A DNA stretch of 15,597 nt. Source: Fibrobacterota bacterium (GTDB lineage Bacteria; Fibrobacterota; Fibrobacteria; UBA11236). Positions within the stretch are counted from its first letter, which is position 1. Every line of letters begins with the position of its first letter. The notes beneath the pieces are model-generated. The model had not been told where the DNA came from. It saw only the letters and a list, made by a program, of their open reading frames with translations, and searched no databases. Shown one piece after another: positions 1-9,269 of this stretch. Position numbers and translations under genes: made by a program. Where the stretch lies: contig JAYUVP010000302.1 in assembly GCA_043753995.1 (NCBI GenBank), positions 1 through 15,597 on the forward strand, in the 5' to 3' direction.

Positions 1-1134
1 AGCCAAGGTCAGGCGGGATCCATCCCTGGAAAAGACCGAATCTTTCCGGCTGGCACTGCCATTCCAGACATAGATGACCGAATCGGAGCGTTGTTTAGAT
101 ATGTATCGTATTGATTTAATGATTTTGCCTTGAGTCGAATACCAAAGACTGTCTAGAGTTTCTGTACCATTGCCACTTATGCCTAGCGTCACTAAGTGAC
201 CCGATGCGTCATAGCTGAAATTGCTATCGATTCTTGTACTGTCGGGCAAATACCGCCTAGCCATTTTAAGACGGCCTGAACCATCATAAAACAAAGACTC
301 AGTGGATGTGGATCGGGCGGCGACCGTGGGTGTGAGCGTATCGTAAATAGCAATGGATGTGAGCCGGCCTTGTTCGTCATAGCTATAAACTTGGCTGCTG
401 CCCCAGGAGGCAAGAGTATCGTTTTTGAATGTCATTTTTTTTATGCGAACCGACGGTAGGGCGTCTATAACTGATATCGTCCACTTGCGTTCCTCGGTGA
501 TAGAGTCACCGAGTACCAATTGAATTTTGACGGAAAGCTTCGACCCGTTCAGTGAGTCCGGCAATACGAAGGAGATTTTGGATCCCGATCCGGTCAACAC
601 GGTGTCGTTGTCTTGACGTATTACCCAACGGTAGATGGCCACCGAGTCGCATGCTGTCGGCATCGAAAAGGCTTTTCCTGCCAAGGCCAGAGAGTAAATC
701 GTGCTTGGGTCGGCCATAAGACATTGGGCAGAATTGCGGCAAAGCTTGGCAGCAGCTATCGCTGAGTCATTCCAAATGGGATGCAGAGGAATGGCCATTT
801 CTTTTTCAAAAACCCCCGATGTTTCACCCTGGGCAATCAAGCTTTTGCAGGCGTAAAGTTTGAATTGGATTTTGAATTTTTCTCCTACCGAAGCGCTTAA
901 TGTGCGGTTGGCAACCCCGCTACGCCAATCGAAGGTGAAATTTTGCATGGCACCGCTATCGCCCACCTGCATCGAAACAAATAGGCTGTCTGGCGAAATG
1001 CCCTTTAAACCAGAACCGATAGTGAATGAAATGGGTTGAACCGAATCTTCTGGTTCGGTTCCAGCCTTGGCTCCACATCCGTTAAAAAACAACACAAGAA
1101 TGGACGCCAATAAAAACCTGGATATTGCACGCAT
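1..1134 (-). CDS. Lipoprotein with C-terminal YD/RHS-like repeats (3' end beyond the window edge; absent from the ORF track)
   Basis: Manual translation: ATG at 1134, 378 codons with no stop down to base 1. The N-terminus MRAISRFLLASILVLFFNG-C20 is a signal peptide with a lipobox-type Cys. Repeats YSYDEQGRL, FYDGSGRL, FSYDASGHL and WYSTQGKI lie in the last ~130 aa. It starts 5 bp after the upstream stop codon. Confidence 0.82.
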   Translation of the reverse strand, partial: MRAISRFLLASILVLFFNGCGAKAGTEPEDSVQPISFTIGSGLKGISPDSLFVSMQVGDSGAMQNFTFDWRSGVANRTLSASVGEKFKIQFKLYACKSLIAQGETSGVFEKEMAIPLHPIWNDSAIAAAKLCRNSAQCLMADPSTIYSLALAGKAFSMPTACDSVAIYRWVIRQDNDTVLTGSGSKISFVLPDSLNGSKLSVKIQLVLGDSITEERKWTISVIDALPSVRIKKMTFKNDTLASWGSSQVYSYDEQGRLTSIAIYDTLTPTVAARSTSTESLFYDGSGRLKMARRYLPDSTRIDSNFSYDASGHLVTLGISGNGTETLDSLWYSTQGKIIKSIRYISKQRSDSVIYVWNGSASRKDSVFSRDGSRLTLA

Positions 1135-1139
1135 GTATT

Positions 1140-1862
1140 TCATTCCTCAGAGACTTTAACTTTGACATCCCAATCGGTGGCGGCCTTGGTGGGTGATTTT
1201 TCTCCCACATCAGACAAGACATAGGCGGCGGATATTGCGGCTGCTAGGCCGCCGACGCCTGCCAGCCAAACCCATGGACTAATCTTGCTTTTAGGTTGGG
1301 GGGTAGAAGCGGGTTTGACCACAATGACCGAATCTCGCCTGGTGGGTATAGAATCATTCCGCGCATAAACATTCTGATTTGTGCGGCTTCTATTGTGTTG
1401 TCGCGCCGCATACTCTTTTTTCAGGCGTTCAAACTCAATATAAATGGCACCCGAAGGCTCCATGTCTGCCAGTTCCGATTCAGGAGCGAGTTCAATTAGC
1501 AGGTTTAGATAATATTTGCCTTTTTCAAGGGTATTCGGATTGGCTGCATAAATCACGCCTAAATGCTTGGCTGCAAATAAGCTATCCAACCGATTGAATG
1601 TCGTTTTGACTGAACCTAGTCCAGGGTTAGAATCGGTAAAATGTTGGGAATAGAAAGGGGCTAGGTGCTTGAAGACCGAATCAAATTCGCCTCCAGTATA
1701 AAAATCATGGATGACAACTTGGTTGAAATATTTCCCAGTTATTGGGGATGTTTTCGACGCATTATCGTGTCCGGTTGGGCTGCCATTTACCGACAAAAAT
1801 CCGAATAAAAATAGCTCAGCGCAGAAAACGCCTGCACCTTTGAAAGCGCCGAATGGCTTCAT
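1140..1862 (-). CDS. Hypothetical exported protein with a helical (TPR-like) core, Pro/Lys linker and C-terminal hydrophobic Gly/Ala segment
   Basis: 240-aa ORF with a hydrophobic N-terminus (VFCAELFLFGFLSV), a TPR-like segment AAKHLGVIYAANPNTLEKGKYYLNLLIELAP, linker KPASTPQPKSK and TM-like PWVWLAGVGGLAAAISAAYVL. It is coupled to the downstream lipoprotein gene. Confidence 0.75.
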   Translation of the reverse strand: MKPFGAFKGAGVFCAELFLFGFLSVNGSPTGHDNASKTSPITGKYFNQVVIHDFYTGGEFDSVFKHLAPFYSQHFTDSNPGLGSVKTTFNRLDSLFAAKHLGVIYAANPNTLEKGKYYLNLLIELAPESELADMEPSGAIYIEFERLKKEYAARQHNRSRTNQNVYARNDSIPTRRDSVIVVKPASTPQPKSKISPWVWLAGVGGLAAAISAAYVLSDVGEKSPTKAATDWDVKVKVSEE

Positions 1863-1866
1863 CTCC

Positions 1867-1886
1867 GACCTGCCCTTGGGTAGGTC
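1867..1886. promoter_or_regulatory. 20-bp imperfect palindrome just upstream of the 1862 start codon (operator or RNA hairpin)
   Basis: GACCTGCCC-TT-GGGTAGGTC, with 8 of 9 arm positions complementary. It lies 4 bp from the ATG. There is no 3' U-tract on either strand, so it is not a terminator. Confidence 0.35.
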
Positions 1887-1953
1887 AAAAAACTAATCCA
1901 TGGTTATCCCCTTGTAAAATTTAAATCAAATGGATCTGAATTATTCCCCTTGA

Positions 1954-4011
<2,058 letters not shown>

Positions 4012-4098
4012 TCATACTAGAGGGAGGGACGGCCTTTGTGGTTCAGATATCGGGTAAAAATGGAAGAAAATTTTCTAAGAACATAAGATTAAGGTTAC

Positions 4099-4119
4099 GG
4101 GAGAGGCTCCGCCCCTCCC
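4099..4119 (-). other. GC-rich stem-loop in the GNAT-GH9 spacer (possible weak terminator or REP-like hairpin)
   Basis: The minus strand reads GGGAGGGGC-GGA-GCCTCTCCC, a 9-bp stem with one G-U pair. AT-rich sequence follows, but no clean poly-U. Confidence 0.35.
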
Positions 4120-4249
4120 CGCCTCGGCCTGAATTCTTTCTGCCCGCTCCGCTTGGTAAGGTCGGCCTCGACATCCTCCCCGGTCTATCTTTGAGGGGAA
4201 TAGCAACTACGAATGCGGGTCAATGCTATGCCTATCCATTTTTTTGCCG

Positions 4250-4783
4250 CTACATGGGCCCAAGATATTGGCGCATCATGACTGTTCGCAAGCCTATGCC
4301 CGGCTGGAATTCAATATCGAATTCTCGAATTTTTTGGAAACCTAAAGCGGTATAAAATTTTTCTGCATTGAGGCTTGAATAACATTCAAAGGCCTTAACG
4401 CCGACTAATCGAGCGGCACTTTCGCAGGCACCATAGATGGCTAGTCCGATGCCACGTCTTATCCAATCTGGATGCGTTGCGAAATGGCGTATATGTGCCA
4501 AGTTTGGCTGGATGTTTCCCGTTCCGGGTTGCTCTAGGGACCAACCACCGCAACCGACTAGGAGCCCATTCGAAAGTGCGGCTACATAGAAAGTGCCGGA
4601 ACGTATGAGGCTAGGGTTTGACTTGGTCATCAACTTCAACGCGGGAATAAGGACAGCCTCATTGTAGGAGGATGCCATAAGTTTAGGATAGGACTCTTGA
4701 AGCAATCCATCGATTGCCAAGGCATCCTCCAGGTTTGCAGTTCTGACTTGATATTGCAATGGCTTCAATTCCCTGGATTTCAA
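4250..4783 (-). CDS. GNAT family N-acetyltransferase
   Basis: Acetyl-CoA-binding motif A (FATHPDWIRRGIG), C-terminal SSLNAEKFYTALGF and LVGCGGWS. The TTG start is uncertain. It lies 34 bp downstream of ilvE on the same strand. Confidence 0.85.
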   Translation of the reverse strand: MKSRELKPLQYQVRTANLEDALAIDGLLQESYPKLMASSYNEAVLIPALKLMTKSNPSLIRSGTFYVAALSNGLLVGCGGWSLEQPGTGNIQPNLAHIRHFATHPDWIRRGIGLAIYGACESAARLVGVKAFECYSSLNAEKFYTALGFQKIREFDIEFQPGIGLRTVMMRQYLGPM

Positions 4784-4817
4784 ATCTACGATTTACCGAG
4801 ATTCCGATGCATAAAAT

Positions 4818-5873
4818 TTATTTGGTATGAAACCTCCATCCCCAATCTTGGTGCATGACGCCTCCTTGAATGCTTTTCAATTGATCGCGCAGTGTCAAGG
4901 TCCATGAATTCGATAAGTCCAGTTTAGTCTTGAATAGGGCTTCGCCCAGATGGTCGATTCGGGCAATGGGAACTATGCCTGCGGCTGTGCCAGTGCCGAA
5001 TGCCTCCAATAAGTTCCCGGAAAGGTGAGCTTGGGATATTTCTTCCACCGACACCGGTCTTTCTTCGACCGAATAGCCCAATTCTTTAGCGATAGCGATC
5101 ACCGATTCGCGCGTGACCCCGGCTAAAATCGATCCTTGCAAGGCCGGAGTCACCAAGGTATCGCCAATGCGAAAGAAAATATTCATGGCCCCGGCTTCTT
5201 CGACATAGCGCCTGTCGCGGGAGTCGAGCCAAACCACATCGGAATAACCTTCTTGTTTGGCTTGTGCCGCCGCCGCGAGCGAAGCCGCATAATTTCCCGG
5301 CGTCTTAATATCGCCGGTACCACCGATGCATGCACGAACATGCTGGGTTTCGGTGCGGAGGTGCAAGCCGTCGCTTCCTGGTTTAAAGTAGGAGGAGGCC
5401 GGACAAGCCAAGGTGAAAAGTCGATAGTGCGTGGCGGCACGCACGCCGAGAAAGGCATCCCATGCCGTGACAAAGGGACGTAAATAAACCGCATCCTCGG
5501 TCGGAATTCCGACCAAGGTTTGCGCCAAGCTTTCGAGAAAATGCTCCCAAGGCGGAGGCGGCATGATTAAGCGTTCACAAGAGCGAACCAGCCGGGCATG
5601 ATGCCGGTCAGCCCGGAATATTTTCCAGCCGTCCGTATCGGAAAATGCCTTGAGGCCTTCGAATGCGATTTGGCCATAATGCAGGGCGCACCAGGCGGGC
5701 GAGGCCGACAACTCCTGCATGGGTAAAAATTGCGGCTTTCGCCATTCTCCGTTGGCATATTCCGCTACGGAAAGAGAGGACCCAAAAGCGCTGCCGAATA
5801 CTGTCGGTGAGCCCTCGGAATTTGGCGTGTTCATCCCGAGAGTCGGGGTTGGGAGGCTAAGCGGGCTAGGCAT
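4818..5873 (-). CDS. ilvE: Branched-chain amino acid aminotransferase (PLP fold type IV)
   Basis: Motifs LHYGQIAFEGLKAF, YLRPF, GGTGDIKTPGNYAASL (PLP lysine), YVEEAGAMNIFF, ILAGVTRES and EAFGTGTAA. Confidence 0.92.
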   Translation of the reverse strand: MPSPLSLPTPTLGMNTPNSEGSPTVFGSAFGSSLSVAEYANGEWRKPQFLPMQELSASPAWCALHYGQIAFEGLKAFSDTDGWKIFRADRHHARLVRSCERLIMPPPPWEHFLESLAQTLVGIPTEDAVYLRPFVTAWDAFLGVRAATHYRLFTLACPASSYFKPGSDGLHLRTETQHVRACIGGTGDIKTPGNYAASLAAAAQAKQEGYSDVVWLDSRDRRYVEEAGAMNIFFRIGDTLVTPALQGSILAGVTRESVIAIAKELGYSVEERPVSVEEISQAHLSGNLLEAFGTGTAAGIVPIARIDHLGEALFKTKLDLSNSWTLTLRDQLKSIQGGVMHQDWGWRFHTK

Positions 5874-5913
5874 GGCGATTTCCGGGCTTCAAGGTTAAAG
5901 GTTCAGAGGTCTA

Positions 5914-5981
5914 AACAGGAAAATAGGACAGGCAAAAAACAATAACAGATTCAGATATCCTATTTTAAGATCATAACAGAT
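5914..5981. promoter_or_regulatory. Divergent ilvE/MocR control region with putative MocR binding repeats
   Basis: Direct repeat ATAACAGAT at 5942-5950 and 5973-5981 (31-bp period), with a partial third copy AACAG at 5914-5918. Perfect inverted repeat AAAATAGGA (5920-5928) / TCCTATTTT (5958-5966). A -10-like TAAGAT at 5966-5971. Confidence 0.55.
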
Positions 5982-7404
5982 GGAAAAAGACTTTCTCTAT
6001 CACCGCATTGCCGATTCCCTGCGGGATGCGATGCTTCAAGGCTCGCTACGCCCCGGCGATGCCTTGCCTTCGATTCGAAAGCTTTGCCGTCAAAGGCGCA
6101 TTAGCCCGGCCACAGCCATGGCGGCCTATGCTTGGCTGGAGGCGCAAGGCAGAATTCTGGTCAAGCCGAGATCGGGGTATTATGTCAGGGACGTCTCCTT
6201 AGAGTTACCCAAAGCACCCCTGCTTTCGGCTCCGGCGGCTTCGCCCACCGAGGTCACGGTGGGAGACATGGTGTCGCGCCTGCTCGCTCCGTCGCGAAGA
6301 CGCGATGAAATCCCCCTGGGGGCGGCGGTTCCCGCCTTGGAATTGCTGCCGACCCAGGCGCTGAATGCCTTGACCGGCCGTGTTGCTCGCGAAATGGGCC
6401 CGGAAGCACGGGCTTATCTCCTGCCTCCGGGGCATGCCGAATTACGCCGGGAAATCGCAAAGCGTAGCCTGCTATGGGGCGGAGGCTTGGGGCTTCATCC
6501 CGAAAGCTGCCTTATCACCAGCGGTTGCCTGGAAGCCCTGAACTTGGCCTTGCGGGCCATAGTCAAGCCGGGCGACATCGTCGCCATCGAATCGCCGACC
6601 TATTTCGCATTGCTACAGGCTATGGAGAATTTGGGAATACGCGCCTTGGAAATCCCAACTCATCCACGAACCGGTATTGATTTAGATGCCCTGGATTCGG
6701 CCTTAAAACGACATCCGGTTAAGGCCTGCTTGCTTTCACCCAATTTCAATAATCCTTTGGGAAGCCTCATGCCCGAATCCAGCAAGGAACGGCTTTATGA
6801 TATGCTTGCCAAGCGTGATTTGCCCTTGGTGGAAGACGATATTTACGGCGACCTTCATTATGGTCCGCAAAGGCCCAAGCCCATCAAGGCTTTCGATAAA
6901 AAGGGCTTGGTTTTGCATTGTGCCTCTTTTTCCAAAACCTTAGACCCCGGAGCGCGGGTGGGATGGGTGTCACCTGGGCGTTACCTAGAAAGGGTCAGCC
7001 GCTTAAAGGTGATGAACACCTTGGCCTCGGCGACCTTGCCTCAAGCTGTGCTGGCGCAGTATCTCGCAAGCGGTGCTTATGAAAGGCATTTAAGGCGTTT
7101 GCGGCCAGCCCTGGAAAAGCAAATGAATCAATTATTCCAAGCAGTATTGCGACATTTTCCATTAGGCACCAAGGTGGCTCTTCCCGAAGGTGGATTCACC
7201 CTATGGGTAGAATTACCCAAGCGCATAAATGCGGTTGCCTTGGCCCAAGCTGCTGAACAAAAGGGCATTCGCATTGCTCCGGGGCCGATTTTTTCGCCAC
7301 GAGGGCGCTTCACATCCTTTGTCAGGCTTAGTGCGGGTAATCCCTGGTCTCCTCGTCTTGAAGCCGCCATGGAGACTTTGGGCCGTATCACCGCGCTCAA
7401 TTAA
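5980..7404 (+). CDS. MocR/GabR-family (GntR HTH + PLP aminotransferase-like domain) transcriptional regulator
   Basis: N-terminal GntR wHTH (LYHRIADSLRDAMLQGSLRPGDALPSIRKL...SGYYV). Class I aminotransferase-like domain with ESPTYF, PNFNNPLG, EDDIYGDL and SFSKTLDPGARVGW (PLP lysine). Confidence 0.95.
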   Translation: MEKDFLYHRIADSLRDAMLQGSLRPGDALPSIRKLCRQRRISPATAMAAYAWLEAQGRILVKPRSGYYVRDVSLELPKAPLLSAPAASPTEVTVGDMVSRLLAPSRRRDEIPLGAAVPALELLPTQALNALTGRVAREMGPEARAYLLPPGHAELRREIAKRSLLWGGGLGLHPESCLITSGCLEALNLALRAIVKPGDIVAIESPTYFALLQAMENLGIRALEIPTHPRTGIDLDALDSALKRHPVKACLLSPNFNNPLGSLMPESSKERLYDMLAKRDLPLVEDDIYGDLHYGPQRPKPIKAFDKKGLVLHCASFSKTLDPGARVGWVSPGRYLERVSRLKVMNTLASATLPQAVLAQYLASGAYERHLRRLRPALEKQMNQLFQAVLRHFPLGTKVALPEGGFTLWVELPKRINAVALAQAAEQKGIRIAPGPIFSPRGRFTSFVRLSAGNPWSPRLEAAMETLGRITALN

Positions 7405-7564
7405 GCTTCATGGCGGCTCAGCCACCCTTGATATTGTTAAACGAAAAACCAAAGGCGTTTACGATTTGAAAAAATCAGTCAGTGCAAAGAAATCCGCCCA
7501 ATTCAAATGGTCTGGAAGTTATTACCAAATGCACGGCAAGGATCCGGTTACGGATGTCAATTGA
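7403..7564 (+). pseudogene. Possible start-less 3' remnant of an unrelated gene
   Basis: Open frame KLHGGSATLDIVKRKTKGVYDLKKSVSAKKSAQFKWSGSYYQMHGKDPVTDVN* begins right at the MocR stop codon. It looks protein-like and has no convincing start. Support is weak. Confidence 0.22.
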
Positions 7565-7767
7565 GGGCACCTGCGCTGATTCATTGCCATGCCAAACCGC
7601 TATACCTCATTGTCTTTGCCTTCACTGATTTGCTATTCTCCTCCTTTATGCCACCCTTTTCCCGCCGTAGACGGCCAGTATGTCACCTATTCCGGCCTGC
7701 TTTGAGCTGAATCCCCAATCCCTTCTGCTTTGCTAGCAGTACCTTATGGGCTGGGGAACCATCCGGC

Positions 7768-9213
7768 ATGAGCGCGAAAAAATCTTCCATTCTATCACTT
7801 GCCTCTGGTTCAGCCTCTCGCCTGGTTGTCTTTTTCCTATCGGCCATCGTCTTCATCCATTGCGGTGATTCGGTGACCCAAAACCAGGATTCCGCCTTTC
7901 CGGAAAAGCTCTTTCCGTACGAGGTCACCTTTGATTCCGCCGCATTTGCTGGCCGGCGAGATGCTTTGGTTAAAAGCCTGGCTCCGGGGAGCATGGCCTT
8001 CGTCACCACCAATGCGCTTTACCTCCGGAATGGCGACGTCAATTATGATTTTAGGCCCTCATCCACCTTTTATTATTTGACCGGATTCGAAGAACCCAAT
8101 GCGGCGGCCATTCTGCGCCGCAAGTCGGATGGAAGGTGCGAATTCCTCTTATTCGTAGAAGCAAGAGATTCGGCGAAAACCCAAATGCTCGGTCCCGTGT
8201 GGGGGCCGGATAGGGCCAAGAAATTTTACGGTGCCGATTCTGCCTATGCCATTTCCTCTCTGCCAAAAACCATTCAGACCCTTTTGGCGGCCGATACGGT
8301 TCTTTTAGTTTACACCAACCTTGCAGAAAACGATTCTGCCGCAGCTTTATTTCGAGCTGCCGGAGGTAAGCCAAGCCAAATCACCGACCTTTATCCTCTT
8401 ACCGATGGCCTTCGATTTATTAAAGACTCCCAGGAAATCCGCTTAATACAAAAAAGCGTGGATGTTTCGGTTCAAGCTTTTACGGAAGTCATGAAGGCAC
8501 TTAAGCCCGACATGTTTGAATTCGAAATTGAATCCGTGCTGGATCTCATTCGTCGGGTGAATGGTTGCCCCAGGACATCCTTCACCACTATCGTCGCTTC
8601 TGGGCCAAATATTTCCACCATTCATTACACCGCAAACAATAGGCAAATGCGCACGGGCGATTTGGTCTTAATCGATTTCGGCACTGAATACGGCTATTAT
8701 GCCGCGGATTTGGCAAGGACTTTACCCGTCAGCGGAACCTTCACGGCAGAACAAGCAGCAGTTTATGACATTGTCCTGAAAGCCCAGGATTCTTCAATTA
8801 GCTTGGTCAAACCCGGAGTCAATTTTTATGACTTGTTCCAAGTCAGTTGGTCGGTGTTGATCGATGGTTTATTGCAACAGGGTATAATCACCGGCGACAA
8901 GAAAGAAATCATGGCTTCGAAGCGTTACCTCGAATACGCTCCGACGGGCCTTGGCCATCCCATAGGCTTGGATGTGCATGATCCCCTCGCTTTCGACTTG
9001 AATTGGAAACCCACCCTTAATGATGGAGTTATGCTGGCTTTAGAGCCCGGTATTTACCTCAAGCCTGACGACAAGACGGTTGCGGAAGCCTATCGCGGAA
9101 TTACCGTGCGCATTGAAGACAATATTCGCGTCACCAGCGAGGGGCATGAAGTTCTAAGTTCGCATCTTCCTCGATCCCGTAAGCAGATTGAAGCGTTGAT
9201 GAGAAGTCATTGA
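7768..9213 (+). CDS. pepP: Xaa-Pro aminopeptidase (M24B, aminopeptidase P) with a predicted lipoprotein signal
   Basis: AMP_N motif RNGDVNYDFRPSSTFYYLTGFEEP. Metal-ligand motifs LIDFGTEYGYYAADLART, GLGHPIGLDVHD, ALEPGIY and VRIEDNI. N-terminal RLVVFFLSAIVFIH-C. Confidence 0.9.
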   Translation: MSAKKSSILSLASGSASRLVVFFLSAIVFIHCGDSVTQNQDSAFPEKLFPYEVTFDSAAFAGRRDALVKSLAPGSMAFVTTNALYLRNGDVNYDFRPSSTFYYLTGFEEPNAAAILRRKSDGRCEFLLFVEARDSAKTQMLGPVWGPDRAKKFYGADSAYAISSLPKTIQTLLAADTVLLVYTNLAENDSAAALFRAAGGKPSQITDLYPLTDGLRFIKDSQEIRLIQKSVDVSVQAFTEVMKALKPDMFEFEIESVLDLIRRVNGCPRTSFTTIVASGPNISTIHYTANNRQMRTGDLVLIDFGTEYGYYAADLARTLPVSGTFTAEQAAVYDIVLKAQDSSISLVKPGVNFYDLFQVSWSVLIDGLLQQGIITGDKKEIMASKRYLEYAPTGLGHPIGLDVHDPLAFDLNWKPTLNDGVMLALEPGIYLKPDDKTVAEAYRGITVRIEDNIRVTSEGHEVLSSHLPRSRKQIEALMRSH

Positions 9214-9218
9214 GAAAG

Positions 9219-9232
9219 CGAATCGCGATTCG
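9219..9232. promoter_or_regulatory. Perfect 14-bp palindrome in the pepP / propeller-gene spacer
   Basis: CGAATCGCGATTCG is its own reverse complement. Function unknown. Confidence 0.3.
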
Positions 9233-9269
9233 GTTCTGGATTTTGAATACGTAGCGCAGAGGGTACCCT

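Noticed and set aside
435..442. T8 homopolymer (another at 2916-2923) as a phase-variation tract
   Set aside because: Only 8 nt long, encoding Lys-Lys, and both frames are intact.
192..742. ORF-track calls 192..413 and 506..742 (minus)
   Set aside because: They are out-of-frame shadows inside the long 1..1134 lipoprotein frame.
4090..4250. Riboswitch (c-di-GMP) or SRP RNA upstream of GH9
   Set aside because: The diagnostic conserved motifs were not found on either strand.
4038..4355. 105-aa plus-strand ORF in the GH9/GNAT spacer
   Set aside because: It overlaps the GNAT antisense, runs through the GC-rich hairpin and has no recognisable motif.
7565..7710. Minus-strand AAGGAGG followed by a 14-codon ORF, or a frameshifted membrane-gene relic on the plus strand
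   Set aside because: The SD spacing is too long, and the relic needs two assumed frameshifts with no homology support.
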